Source of the DNA: Patescibacteria group bacterium
Lineage (GTDB): Bacteria; Patescibacteriota; Microgenomatia; UBA1400; MFAQ01
Assembly: GCA_943355005.1 (NCBI GenBank)
Contig: CALRDV010000001.1
Coordinates: 15,410 to 79,409 of the forward strand
Length of the DNA stretch: 64,000 bases
Reading direction: 5' to 3'
The notes under the pieces were generated by a model that saw nothing but the letters and a program-made list of their open reading frames with translations, had not been told where the DNA came from and did not search any database. Of this stretch, positions 18,445-27,875 are shown one piece after another (positions within the stretch are counted from its first letter, which is position 1; each line of letters begins with the position of its first letter). The translations under genes were made by a program, and so were the position numbers.

Positions 18445-18467
18445 AACAAATAAATCCCTCAAAATTT

Positions 18468-18728
18468 GTGATTAATTTTATTTTTTCATTTATTTTAGGG
18501 GTTTTATCAGCGATTGTTTACGAACTCGTTGCGAGAATAATAGGAATCTATATTTTTCGGAAGGAAGCATTGGTAATAAATGGGTACAAGCTTCACCACT
18601 CTTTGTATGGATTGCTATCGTTTGCGTTGTTGGGAATAACAAAAAAACCATTCTATTTTGGTTTTGGATTAGGAATAATATTCCAACATACAATTACTGA
18701 CGGATTTTTCTTTATTAGTAGGGTTTAA
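18468..18728 (+). CDS. small membrane protein (86 aa)
   Basis: Three hydrophobic helices. Confidence 0.45.
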   Translation: MINFIFSFILGVLSAIVYELVARIIGIYIFRKEALVINGYKLHHSLYGLLSFALLGITKKPFYFGFGLGIIFQHTITDGFFFISRV

Positions 18729-18732
18729 TGGT

Positions 18733-18760
18733 GTCATTCCGGACCTGATCCGGAATCCAG
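18733..18760 (+). repeat. Hairpin repeat variant GTCATTCCGGACCTGATCCGGAATCCAG
   Basis: Stem ATTCCGGA/TCCGGAAT (compensatory). Confidence 0.85.
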
Positions 18761-18762
18761 TA

Positions 18763-19023
18763 CTACATAAATTCAGATAAATCATCCCATTCTGGATTCA
18801 TCTTTTCAATTGCATCTAGCTTCCATTTTCTCTTCCAATTCTTCAATTGTTTTTCTCTCGCAATTGCCTCCATTGCTGATTCATACTCCTCAAAATATAC
18901 CAAGTCGTGTACAGAATATCTTTTAGTAAAACCATCAACGATATCAGACTTATGTATGGAAATTCTAGTAGCTAAGTTATATGTAACTCCCACATAAAGT
19001 GTTCCATTTCTATGATTCGTCAA
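18763..19023 (-). CDS. GIY-YIG nuclease-domain protein. The annotated start is TTG; the conserved KKYFVYILTN N-terminus lies in-frame upstream (to 19053) with no ATG/GTG
   Basis: ...NGTLYVGVTYNLATRISIHKS...REKQLKNWKRKWK. The upstream in-frame codons encode DINTKKYFVYI. Either a nonstandard start or a decaying gene. Confidence 0.6.
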   Translation of the reverse strand: MTNHRNGTLYVGVTYNLATRISIHKSDIVDGFTKRYSVHDLVYFEEYESAMEAIAREKQLKNWKRKWKLDAIEKMNPEWDDLSEFM

Positions 19024-19064
19024 TATGTATACAAAATATTTCTTCGTGTTTATATCTTATTATT

Positions 19065-19340
19065 TTTTCTGGATTCCGGGTCAAGCCCGGAATGACAATT
19101 AGAATTTGTTTGTTCAAAATATTACCCGTCATGCCGGACCTGATCCGGCATCCAGTAGTTTAAGTATTCAATACGAACTTACGTTTTCTGGATTCCGGGT
19201 CAAGCCCGGTATGACAATTAGAATTTGTTTGTTCAAAATATTACCCGTCATGCCGGACCTGATCCGGCATCCAGTAGGTTAAGTATTCAATACTAACTTA
19301 CGTTTTCTGGATTCCGGGTCAAGCCCGGAATGACAATGAG
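19065..19340. mobile_element. MITE-like composite element, 119-bp unit tandemly repeated 2.3 times
   Basis: Each unit holds CTGGATTCCGGGTCAAGCCCGGAATGAC ... GTCATGCCGGACCTGATCCGGCATCCAG, i.e. 28-bp imperfect terminal inverted repeats that are themselves members of the hairpin family. Units are ~97% identical (period 19065/19184/19303). Confidence 0.8.
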
Positions 19341-19367
19341 CACATTAGATATATAATGAATTCACAT

Positions 19368-21518
19368 ATGGCTCGTAAAAAAGGTCGCCGCTCCAAACCA
19401 TACTCAGTAAGTCTTAAGAAAGACACAATCAATTCCATTCTGGCTGTCGTCCTCATGGGCATTGGTGGGCTCATTGCTATCTCTTTTTCTCAGCAAGGCG
19501 ACATCCTTATTAAGATAAACGAAATTGGCAGTCAGCTCATGGGCTGGCCGTTACTTTTTTTACCCTTCATCTTTATCGTAGGTGGCTTGATCATTACTCA
19601 TGTCAAACTTGCCATTGCCTCCACCAATGTCTTACTTGGCAGTGTTATCACAATGATTTCTCTAGAGGGTTTATTTGGCGCCGGCTCCATAGGGGCAGGG
19701 CTGAAAGATTCCCTCGTCTCTCTCGTTTCACTTCCGGGAGCCATCCTCTTTTATTTCATCGGTGTCGTCATTGGTTTGTTTGTCCTCTTTGAAACTTCCA
19801 TTGAAGATCTGCTGGTTCTGATCCAAAATCTTTTTGGAGGAATTACCGGTACTTTGGGTAAGATAAAAGGCTTTCCTCTTAAGGGTGGCGCTCCTTCGTT
19901 TCTCAATAAATCGACTGGAGGAGTCAAGATCACCGGTGGTGATCAGCTTCTTACTCCCGCTCCCCTGGCGACAGCTATGGCTGCTCCCGTAAAAATAATC
20001 AACAAAGAATTAAATTCGAACCGCAATGCTCAAACTGCTATGGAGACGAAGAAGCTTCCGGATGGTGCCACTTCCGGTATTTGGCATTTCCCTCCCGTCA
20101 GTTTGTTATCCGACCAGAAAATCGGCAAAGCCGATCGTGGTGATATCAAAAAGAATATTGAAGTTATCCAAAACACCTTGGGTTCATTTGGTATTCAGTG
20201 TAAGGTTACCGAAGTTCATCAAGGTCCTGCCGTTACACAATACGCCTTAGCCATTACTGCCGGTACCAAGCTTTCCAAAATCAGTGCTCTTCAATCAGAC
20301 TTGGCTCTGGCTCTCGCTGCTCCTCAAGGTCAAATTCGTATCGAAGCTCCTATCCCGGGTCGTGATCTTGTCGGTGTCGAAATTCCGAACCGTTCGCTGG
20401 AATTTGTTTCTCTTCGCGACATGCTTACCGACAAAGCCATGCAAGAAAGTCGCTCAAAGACAGCCATTTCTCTTGGTCTGGACGTTTCCGGTCAGCCCGT
20501 AATTGCAGATATCAACAAAATGCCTCACTTACTCATCGCCGGTACTACCGGTTCAGGAAAATCTGTTTTGATCAATGCAATTATTTCCTCCATTCTTTTT
20601 CGCGCTTCTCCGGAAGAAGTTAAATTTATCATGGTCGATCCAAAGCGTGTCGAACTCACTCCATACAACGATATTCCTCATTTATTGACTCCCGTCATTA
20701 CTGATGTAGGTAAAGTGGTCAATGCTTTGAAATGGGCCGCCGCCGAAATGGATCGCCGATATCGATTGTTCGAAGAAATGTCCGTCAAAAATATTGCCGG
20801 TTACAACGAGCTCAGCGGATTCCAAGCTATGCCATACATCATTATCATTGTGGATGAGATGGCGGACATCATGATGTCCAAGAATGCCGGCGAAGTAGAA
20901 GAAAATATTGTCCGCTTGGCTCAGATGGCTCGAGCCGTAGGTATACATCTTGTACTGGCTACCCAGAGGCCTTCAGTAAATGTCTTGACCGGTATTATCA
21001 AAGCCAATATCCCGGCCCGTATTTCTTTCCAGGTTACTTCGATGATTGATTCTCGCGTTATTATCGATACTCCGGGTGCAGAGAAACTTCTGGGAAAGGG
21101 AGACATGCTTTACATTCCTCCAGATACCGCCAAACCTAAACGTATTCAAGGTGCTTTTGTATCAGACAAAGAAATCAAAAATCTTATCGACTACATCCGA
21201 AGTTCGGGAGTTCAACCTCAGTTGGATGAATCCATTGTCAAAGATAAAGGTGGAAAACAGACTTTAAGCTCCGGGGGTACTAACATGGGACCCGTCGATG
21301 AAAAATTTGAAGAAGCCGCACACCTTTGTATTGCTGAAGGAAAAGGATCTGCTTCCCTGCTTCAGCGCCGTTTGGAAATCGGTTATGCTCGTGCAGCTCG
21401 CATACTAGATCAGTTGGAAGAGGCCGGTGTTCTTGCTCACGCCGAAGGGAATAAGCCTCGTGAAGTCGTTGTCGGAAGTTTGAGTGAAATCTTTCCGGAC
21501 GGCGAAGAAAATTCATAA
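19368..21518 (+). CDS. ftsK: DNA translocase FtsK/SpoIIIE (probable leaderless start at 19368; alternative ATG at 19356 overlaps the -10)
   Basis: N-terminal TM helices, motor domain AGTTGSGKSV / IIIVDEMAD, C-terminal gamma winged helix. TATAAT at 19352-19357. Confidence 0.9.
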   Translation: MARKKGRRSKPYSVSLKKDTINSILAVVLMGIGGLIAISFSQQGDILIKINEIGSQLMGWPLLFLPFIFIVGGLIITHVKLAIASTNVLLGSVITMISLEGLFGAGSIGAGLKDSLVSLVSLPGAILFYFIGVVIGLFVLFETSIEDLLVLIQNLFGGITGTLGKIKGFPLKGGAPSFLNKSTGGVKITGGDQLLTPAPLATAMAAPVKIINKELNSNRNAQTAMETKKLPDGATSGIWHFPPVSLLSDQKIGKADRGDIKKNIEVIQNTLGSFGIQCKVTEVHQGPAVTQYALAITAGTKLSKISALQSDLALALAAPQGQIRIEAPIPGRDLVGVEIPNRSLEFVSLRDMLTDKAMQESRSKTAISLGLDVSGQPVIADINKMPHLLIAGTTGSGKSVLINAIISSILFRASPEEVKFIMVDPKRVELTPYNDIPHLLTPVITDVGKVVNALKWAAAEMDRRYRLFEEMSVKNIAGYNELSGFQAMPYIIIIVDEMADIMMSKNAGEVEENIVRLAQMARAVGIHLVLATQRPSVNVLTGIIKANIPARISFQVTSMIDSRVIIDTPGAEKLLGKGDMLYIPPDTAKPKRIQGAFVSDKEIKNLIDYIRSSGVQPQLDESIVKDKGGKQTLSSGGTNMGPVDEKFEEAAHLCIAEGKGSASLLQRRLEIGYARAARILDQLEEAGVLAHAEGNKPREVVVGSLSEIFPDGEENS

Positions 21519-21521
21519 GCC

Positions 21522-22139
21522 ATGAAGACCGTTGGTCAGATTATCAAAGGAGCCCGTCAAAAGAGAAGTCTTTCTGTAGACCAGCTATCATCTCTGACCA
21601 AAATTGATTCCAAATACATAGATGCTCTGGAGCTAGACCGTTACGACGATCTTCCATCGGAAACTTTTGCCAAAGGTTTTATTAGAAATCTGAGTCTTAG
21701 ACTAGACTTGAACCCAAATGAATTAATCGCCATATTCAGACGGGATTTTCGTCAGCCGGACCGAGCAGGTGTAAAAGTAATTCATCGAAAAACACTTTCC
21801 GGTATTCCTTCTCAGGTTCTTCCTTTTGTTATTGGAGGTCTGGTTTTTGTGATTTATCTAATTTTCCAATTCCGAGCCATTCTTACTCCACCAAAACTGG
21901 AAATCCTCAAACCATCAAGTGGCTCTGTCTTAGTTTCACCCATTGAGATCGAAGGAGATACCTCTATAGACGCCAATATTTTTATTGGCGAAGATACTCA
22001 AGTAAAGCCGGACACGGAAGGTCATTTCTTTGCCAGAATAAATCTGCCGGTAGGGGAGACAACTTTAGACATCAAAGCCACCAACCGTTTCTCTCGTACC
22101 ACCGAGAAAAAAATCTCCGTCACCATCATCTCTAAGTAA
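21522..22139 (+). CDS. rodZ: RodZ-like protein (N-terminal XRE-type HTH, TM, C-terminal DUF4115-like domain)
   Basis: MKTVGQIIKGARQKRSLSVDQLSSLTKI (HTH), TM VLPFVIGGLVFVIYLIF, C-terminal beta-rich domain. Confidence 0.6.
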   Translation: MKTVGQIIKGARQKRSLSVDQLSSLTKIDSKYIDALELDRYDDLPSETFAKGFIRNLSLRLDLNPNELIAIFRRDFRQPDRAGVKVIHRKTLSGIPSQVLPFVIGGLVFVIYLIFQFRAILTPPKLEILKPSSGSVLVSPIEIEGDTSIDANIFIGEDTQVKPDTEGHFFARINLPVGETTLDIKATNRFSRTTEKKISVTIISK

Positions 22140-22157
22140 ATCTGCTATATTTACTTA

Positions 22158-22460
22158 ATGACCCTTCCTCAAATTATTTCCATGATTTCTACCATTCTTC
22201 TGACCTCAGTTGCTTTCATCATTGGAATCCAGCTAATTTACATTCTTAAAGAAATAAAATACTCCCTAACTAAAGTTAACCAAACCATCGACACCGTCTC
22301 CGACACTGTCGAGAAGATTTCCCAGCCTGCCATTGGCTTCTTCGCAATCCTAGAAGGATTTAAAGAGAGTGGCAAAATTATCGACGCCATTTCTGGATTA
22401 CTAGGCAAAGACAAACCAAAACCACCGGTCGATATCGACGCATATGACAACTCCATCTGA
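22158..22460 (+). CDS. small membrane protein (TM + coiled region)
   Basis: 100 aa, N-terminal TM. Confidence 0.45.
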   Translation: MTLPQIISMISTILLTSVAFIIGIQLIYILKEIKYSLTKVNQTIDTVSDTVEKISQPAIGFFAILEGFKESGKIIDAISGLLGKDKPKPPVDIDAYDNSI

Positions 22461-22836
22461 TAAACCAAAGCAAGACGGTTCTTTTTCTTCCTTTACTGTG
22501 GGAGTAGCTCTTGGTGTCATGGGAGCCTTACTCTTTGGCACTGAGGAGGGTCGCAGCATCGTCAAAAAAGTCATCAGCGCCGTACCGGAGAAGTATAAAC
22601 GCCCCATTCCCACTTCCCTTCGCAATTTAGTCAACCCTCCCACACCGTCATTGCGAGGTACTCCGTGGCAATCTAGCTTATCAACCACCCCCGTCATCCC
22701 CACAGAAGAAACTCAGCACCACACCACTTTCGCATACAGCAGTCCCTTTGGCGAAGCAATCGCTGGCGAAGCTCCGCCTCCTCCTGCTCCCCACGTCCGG
22801 CCCACCCTCTCCGAACCCTTCCACCCGAATTCCTAA
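22444..22836 (+). CDS. YtxH/DUF948-like membrane protein with Pro-rich tail containing an in-frame hairpin repeat
   Basis: FTVGVALGVMGALLFGTEEGRSIVKK resembles the YtxH motif. The tail carries PSLRGTPWQSSL, encoded by a repeat element. Confidence 0.45.
   Translation: MTTPSDKPKQDGSFSSFTVGVALGVMGALLFGTEEGRSIVKKVISAVPEKYKRPIPTSLRNLVNPPTPSLRGTPWQSSLSTTPVIPTEETQHHTTFAYSSPFGEAIAGEAPPPPAPHVRPTLSEPFHPNS
22647..22677 (+). repeat. Hairpin repeat GTCATTGCGAGGTACTCCGTGGCAATCTAGC inside CDS 22444-22836
   Basis: Encodes PSLRG..., the same peptide as the infB-embedded copy (TPSLRGGEG). Confidence 0.75.
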
Positions 22837-22841
22837 TAATC

Positions 22842-22903
22842 GTCATTCCGACCGAACGAAGTGAGTGGAGAAATCTCCCTCCACCCGTCATTGCGGGGTT
22901 TGG
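22842..22903 (+). repeat. Two adjacent hairpin-family elements (GTCATTCCGACCGAACGAAGTGAGTGGAGAAATCTCCCTCC; CCGTCATTGCGGGG...)
   Basis: Shared modules CTCCCTCCACCC + CGTCATTGCG seen at 4078, 43815, 44706. Confidence 0.75.
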
Positions 22904-23044
22904 ATATTTTTACGTTTAACGATTCATCCCTCGAGGATTAATTGTTAAACAAAGTTATAAAAAATATCCAAACATGCCGTAGCCAATTTCGTAACGAACT
23001 TGGCTAGGCCGGGTATACATCGGCCGTGGCAATCCAGGCAATCT

Positions 23045-23072
23045 GTCATTCCGGGCTTGACCCGGAATCCAT
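23045..23072 (+). repeat. Hairpin repeat GTCATTCCGGGCTTGACCCGGAATCCAT
   Basis: Same as the 11415 copy. Preceded by CCGTGGCAATCCAGGCAATCT fragments. Confidence 0.85.
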
Positions 23073-23090
23073 CCCCGCATTCACGCCAAC

Positions 23091-23125
23091 AAAAAGTCCC
23101 GCCTCACGGCGGGACTGTTTTTTTA
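23091..23125. terminator. Bidirectional rho-independent terminator
   Basis: AAAAA-GTCCCGCC-tcac-GGCGGGAC-TGTTTTTTT, with A/T runs on both sides. Sits between a plus-strand region and the minus-strand gene ending at 23123. Confidence 0.8.
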
Positions 23126-23578
23126 TCTGACTTCCCAAATTTGACCTTCCGGCCAAACAATTTCGAAACCTTTCTTTTCTCTCACGACCCAGAAGGATCC
23201 TGCTTCCAGTTTGACGGAGATACCTTGTCCGGCACTCACTTTTCTGTTGATATTCTGATGCCGATCGTTGATTGAAAGTAATCTATCTGGGGTAATCTTA
23301 AGATCCACAATTCTGCCGTTTCTCCAGATTTCAAGCGGCATACTATCCAGATGGATCTTAATCCCTCTTGCTGGGTCATACCCGCTCCACCGTCTTCGCA
23401 GCGCCATGGAATTACTCGCGTGGACAGCAATGGCCATAGCAATAATTCCAAATAATACTACCGTTGTCCAATCCAGCCAGGCCAATGCCTTAACGGGCTG
23501 TAGCCACGCCATCAAAAAAGGAAAACCGGTTCCCAATACCAAAATCAAGGGGATCAGGATTTGTCGATATTTGCTCAT
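23123..23578 (-). CDS. membrane protein, possibly bacterial PH-domain (YdbS-like)
   Basis: Two N-terminal TM helices then a ~90-aa soluble beta-rich domain. Fold assignment is a guess. Confidence 0.4.
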   Translation of the reverse strand: MSKYRQILIPLILVLGTGFPFLMAWLQPVKALAWLDWTTVVLFGIIAMAIAVHASNSMALRRRWSGYDPARGIKIHLDSMPLEIWRNGRIVDLKITPDRLLSINDRHQNINRKVSAGQGISVKLEAGSFWVVREKKGFEIVWPEGQIWEVR

Positions 23579-23646
23579 TCTAGCCTCCAGTTCAAATTTG
23601 AATTTACCCCATAATTATATCACCCCGTGCCTGAAGGAATTTTTTT

Positions 23647-23844
23647 ATGAAACTAGTTGCTGGAACGTATGCCTTCGTCTTTATGATCGTTGTTTTGCTT
23701 GCCTTTGCTTTTGTTGTGCCATCCATAAAGGCTCAACAGATCGCAGGTTGCCAAACTTTGCAATCCGGGCTCAGCCAGTTTAACCCACAGCAAAACATGC
23801 AATATCCACCAATGACCGCACGACTCCGTATCCTTGCTATATAA
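23647..23844 (+). CDS. small secreted peptide (signal peptide + ~40-aa mature region)
   Basis: MKLVAGTYAFVFMIVVLLAFAFVVPSIKA | QQ... Confidence 0.35.
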   Translation: MKLVAGTYAFVFMIVVLLAFAFVVPSIKAQQIAGCQTLQSGLSQFNPQQNMQYPPMTARLRILAI

Positions 23845-23855
23845 TTTGACTGAAC

Positions 23856-25691
23856 ATGACCATCAACGAAATTAGACAAAAATATTTTGACTTTATGGTG
23901 GCGCGCGGCCATCAAATAATCCCCTCCAGCCCACTTGTGCCCGAAGGCGACGCCACTACTCTTTTTACTTCCGCTGGCATGCAGCCCATGATGCCGTATT
24001 TGTTGGGCCAAAAACACCCCCTAGGCACTCGTCTAGCCGATAGTCAAAAGTGTTTCCGTTCTCAAGATATAGAAGAAGTTGGGGACAACCGTCATACCAC
24101 TTTTTTTGAAATGCTGGGCAACTGGTCACTCGGTGATTATTTCAAGAAAGAACAGCTAGAATATTTCTTCCGTTTTCTGACGGACAAGAAAGACGGTCTC
24201 GGGCTCGACCCTAATCGCTTATCCGTTTCTGTTTTTGCCGGTGGCGATGGTGTAGACAAAGATGAAGAAGCTATCAGTATCTGGAAAAATCTCTTTGCTA
24301 AAACAGGCATCAATGCCAAAGAAGGTCACCAAATCTTCGCTTACCCAGCCAAGAAAAATTGGTGGTCTCGTTCCGGTACCCCGGACAAAATGCCCGTCGG
24401 TGAACCTGGTGGTCCGGACAGTGAAGTTTTTTTTGATTTTGGTGAAGACAGAAAACTACACGAAAACTCTCCTTTCAAAAATGAACCCTGCCACATCAAC
24501 TGTGACTGCGGTCGCTACCTTGAGATTGGGAACTCGGTCTTTATGCAATACGTCAAGCTAGCCGATGGAAGTCTAAAGGAATTACCCCAAAAGAATATTG
24601 ACTTCGGTGGTGGACTCGTCCGTCTCGCTGCTGCCGTAAACGACGATCCCGATATTTTTAAAACCGATATTTATTTCCCCGTCATCAACGAAATAGAAAA
24701 AATTTCCGGACACTCATATGAAATCGCCGATCACCAGCCTTCTATGCGAATCATCGCCGATCACTTAACCGCTGCTACTTTCTTGATTAAAGATAGTGTG
24801 TTCCCCAGCAACAAAGCTCAGGGCTACGTCCTCCGCCGCCTTCTTCGTCGAGCCGCCGTCAAGCTGCACTTCCTCATGGGCAGTCGCGAAGGTATTACTC
24901 AGCTGGCCGGCATCACCACTTCGATTGTCGATATTTATAAATCCATTTATTTTGCCGGTGACGACACTATCTATGTTCAAAGTGCCATTGCTCAAGAAAT
25001 TGGAAAATTTGAAAAATCTCTGGATAAAGGTATCAAAGAACTGGAAAAGAAAGCCGACGTTTCCGGTAAAGACGCTTTTGATCTTTATCAAAACCACGGT
25101 TTTCCTTTGGAAATCACTATCGAGATTTTGGCTCAGCTCGGTAAACAAGTTGATATTCAGGAGTTTCAGAAAGAATTTGAAAAACATCAGAATGTCAGTC
25201 GCACTTCATCCACCGGCATGTTCAAAGGTGGCTTAGCTGATCAATCTGTAATTGTGACGGCTTATCACACGGCCACTCATTTACTTCACGCCGCTCTTCG
25301 GCAGATTTTAGGAAATCATGTTTCTCAAAAAGGCAGCAATATCACCTCACTCCGACTTCGCTTTGATTTCTCTCATCCGGAAAAAATCTCTGACGAGAAG
25401 ATAGAGGAAATCCAAAGTTTAATCAACGAAAAAATTTCCGAAAAATTAAAAGTTACCAAAGAAGAACTACCGAAGGAAAAAGCTTTGGAGCAGGGAGCTC
25501 TCGCTTTCTTTGGTCAGAAATATCCCGATGTTGTTACGGTTTATACCGTTGGAGACCCCAAAAATTACTTTTCCAAAGAACTTTGCGGTGGTCCACATGT
25601 GGAAAGTTTGTCAGAACTTGCTAAGATAAAGATAGTCAAACAGGAAACTCTCGGCTCAGGCGTGCGCCGTCTTTATTTACAATTTGTTTGA
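23856..25691 (+). CDS. alaS: alanine--tRNA ligase lacking the C-terminal C-Ala/oligomerisation domain (611 aa)
   Basis: ...FTSAGMQP...RSQDIEEVGDNRHTTFFEMLGNWSLGDYFK. Editing-domain HTATHLLH and CGGPHV motifs present. Ends shortly after editing. Confidence 0.9.
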   Translation: MTINEIRQKYFDFMVARGHQIIPSSPLVPEGDATTLFTSAGMQPMMPYLLGQKHPLGTRLADSQKCFRSQDIEEVGDNRHTTFFEMLGNWSLGDYFKKEQLEYFFRFLTDKKDGLGLDPNRLSVSVFAGGDGVDKDEEAISIWKNLFAKTGINAKEGHQIFAYPAKKNWWSRSGTPDKMPVGEPGGPDSEVFFDFGEDRKLHENSPFKNEPCHINCDCGRYLEIGNSVFMQYVKLADGSLKELPQKNIDFGGGLVRLAAAVNDDPDIFKTDIYFPVINEIEKISGHSYEIADHQPSMRIIADHLTAATFLIKDSVFPSNKAQGYVLRRLLRRAAVKLHFLMGSREGITQLAGITTSIVDIYKSIYFAGDDTIYVQSAIAQEIGKFEKSLDKGIKELEKKADVSGKDAFDLYQNHGFPLEITIEILAQLGKQVDIQEFQKEFEKHQNVSRTSSTGMFKGGLADQSVIVTAYHTATHLLHAALRQILGNHVSQKGSNITSLRLRFDFSHPEKISDEKIEEIQSLINEKISEKLKVTKEELPKEKALEQGALAFFGQKYPDVVTVYTVGDPKNYFSKELCGGPHVESLSELAKIKIVKQETLGSGVRRLYLQFV

Positions 25692-25703
25692 CATGCTTAT
25701 CGT

Positions 25704-27875
25704 GTGAACTTAGTAAATTTATTTGGAAATAAAAACAAAACTCCTGAGCCGGAATATTTTCTGGCTCTAGAGATACATGAATCTCTGATTAAGTCCGCCT
25801 TGTGGGAAATTCTCGAAGGTCAGCCCGAGGTGGTAAATGTCGGCTCCTACGAATCGTGGACGGATGAAGAGTCTCTCATCAACGGTGTAGATTCCTCACT
25901 GGACCAAGCCATCAAAGTCATCAAGAGTCAGCCCAAGCGAATTATCTTTGGTCTTCCCGATTCGTGGATGGAGGCAGACAAAATTCATCAAACAAAAACC
26001 AAACTCATCACCCACCTCTGCAAAGAGCTTGGCTTAGATCCCATTGGCGTCGTCACTACCAATCGCGCCGTTGCTCACTATCTAAAAAAGAGAGAAGGCA
26101 TGCCTCCTACAGTTATTCTTCTTGAGGTTTATACCTCCAAGGTTGCTGTCTCTTATGTTTATCTTGGTGAAGTAAAAAATACCGAAGAAGTCGCTCGCTC
26201 GGGAGACTTGGCTCACGATGTCGAAGAAGGTCTCACTCGGATGGACTTACCCAATTATCCCGCCCGTTTTATTCTTACGAATGGCAACAGTCTGGAAGAA
26301 GAATCTCAGCAAATTACCGCTTTTCCTTGGACAGAACGTTTACCGTTTAAACACATCCCCAAAGTCGAAGTTCTTCCAATAGATTTTTCCATTAAATCCA
26401 TCGCTCTCACCGGTGGTGTTGAAGCTGTCCAATTCTTGGGTGTTCCGGTAGTAGACGATGATGTTCCTGTCGCCAGACCCCTGGCCACTGATGATTCAAA
26501 TTTAGTTGTTCCTGTCGAAGCTCCATCTACTATTGAAGAGCTTGGATTTTCTTATGAAGAGACCGACGCCCCCAGGGATATTCCTGCTGCCACACCGATA
26601 GAGGAAGTGCTGGAAGAAAGTAATTTTGAAACAGTAGATAATACCGAGCCGGAATTCGCTTTTTCTGACGATGTTGTCGAGACCGCCCCGAAACCCAAAA
26701 TTGCCATCAAGCTTCCACCTATTCCAAAATTTTCTTTTCCAAAGTTACCCAAATTTCAAGTTTCTTGGCTGGCATTACTAATCCTTCCTGTTTTGTTAGG
26801 TGCAGGATTTGCTACATATTTATTTTTTGGCCAAGCCATGGTTACTATTCATTTTCTTCCTCAGAAAATTAGTAGCCAGATTGGAATTGCCATTGCCGAG
26901 ACTCCCCAGGCCGGCATTCCTACTTTAATCGCTACCAAGAAAACTTTCTCCGGGACAGCCAATGAATCTGTTTCTACCACCGGTACCGCCACCGTAGGTG
27001 ACAAGGCTACGGGTACTATTACGATAGCCAACAAATCCATCGCCCCCATTATTCTAAAGGCGGGAGCTACGATAACCAACGATACAGGAAAATATATTTA
27101 TACCCTCATCAATCCCGTTACTGTTGCTTCAGCCAGCTCCGACCCCATCGATCCTGTCTCCGGCAAAGCCACTGGTGTGCAAGTGACGGCTGTCAAAATT
27201 GGTGCCGAATACAATCTGACAAAGAGCACAATTTTTTCTGTCGACAATTTTTCCAAATCAATCGCCGCCGCCATCGCCGAAACAGACTTTACGGGTGGCA
27301 CTTCTCGCACTGTTAACGCTGTATCCAAGTCAGACCAAGATAAAGTTCTTGGGGTGGCAACGGACAAAATCAAATCACAAGTGAAGACGGATTCTGAAGC
27401 TCAAACCCCGGGTTACATCACTCTACCGCTATCCGATATTCAGTTCACCAAAAAAACTTTCGATCACAACTTAAATGAAGAGGCCACTACTGTTGGTTTA
27501 AATCTAGAAGGCTCCCTCGATGCCTTGGTTTATTCGGAAGACAGTTTGTATACCTTGGTCGCAGAGCAAATCAAAGACCAAATTCCCACAGGCTCCTACA
27601 CTACCAAAGAATCCACTACCATTACTGTCGAGAATCCCACCAAAGCAAACGGACAATATCAGGCTAAGATTACGATTGCCGCTTCCTTATTCCCAAAGAT
27701 AGACGAGGTAAAACTAGCCGGATACATCAAAGGCAAACAAACAAGTAAAGTTAGGCACTTTTTTGAACCCATTGGTGGCTTCCAGTCAGCCGATATTAAG
27801 ATTTATCCACCCATTCCTTTGATTACACAAATTCTCCCCTTGAACAATATTAATTTCGAACTCGTCAGTAATTAA
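25704..27875 (+). CDS. membrane protein: N-terminal FtsA/PilM-like (actin-fold-like, degenerate) cytoplasmic domain, acidic linker, one TM, ~350-aa Thr/Ser-rich extracellular domain (GTG start)
   Basis: YFLALEIHESLIKSALWEI..PEVVNVGSYE and ...IALTGGVEAVQFLG resemble FtsA/PilM phosphate/adenosine motifs. TM VSWLALLILPVLLGAGFATYLFF. Confidence 0.4.
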   Translation: MNLVNLFGNKNKTPEPEYFLALEIHESLIKSALWEILEGQPEVVNVGSYESWTDEESLINGVDSSLDQAIKVIKSQPKRIIFGLPDSWMEADKIHQTKTKLITHLCKELGLDPIGVVTTNRAVAHYLKKREGMPPTVILLEVYTSKVAVSYVYLGEVKNTEEVARSGDLAHDVEEGLTRMDLPNYPARFILTNGNSLEEESQQITAFPWTERLPFKHIPKVEVLPIDFSIKSIALTGGVEAVQFLGVPVVDDDVPVARPLATDDSNLVVPVEAPSTIEELGFSYEETDAPRDIPAATPIEEVLEESNFETVDNTEPEFAFSDDVVETAPKPKIAIKLPPIPKFSFPKLPKFQVSWLALLILPVLLGAGFATYLFFGQAMVTIHFLPQKISSQIGIAIAETPQAGIPTLIATKKTFSGTANESVSTTGTATVGDKATGTITIANKSIAPIILKAGATITNDTGKYIYTLINPVTVASASSDPIDPVSGKATGVQVTAVKIGAEYNLTKSTIFSVDNFSKSIAAAIAETDFTGGTSRTVNAVSKSDQDKVLGVATDKIKSQVKTDSEAQTPGYITLPLSDIQFTKKTFDHNLNEEATTVGLNLEGSLDALVYSEDSLYTLVAEQIKDQIPTGSYTTKESTTITVENPTKANGQYQAKITIAASLFPKIDEVKLAGYIKGKQTSKVRHFFEPIGGFQSADIKIYPPIPLITQILPLNNINFELVSN

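Noticed and set aside
19065-19340. Possible CRISPR array
   Set aside because: Repeat unit is 119 bp with no unique spacers between units. It is a tandem duplication of a composite palindromic element, and no cas genes are nearby.
22900-23280. ORFs 23000-23275 (+) and 23268-23783 (+)
   Set aside because: Run through repeat elements and a bidirectional terminator, or overlap the minus-strand membrane-protein gene. Compositionally noncoding.
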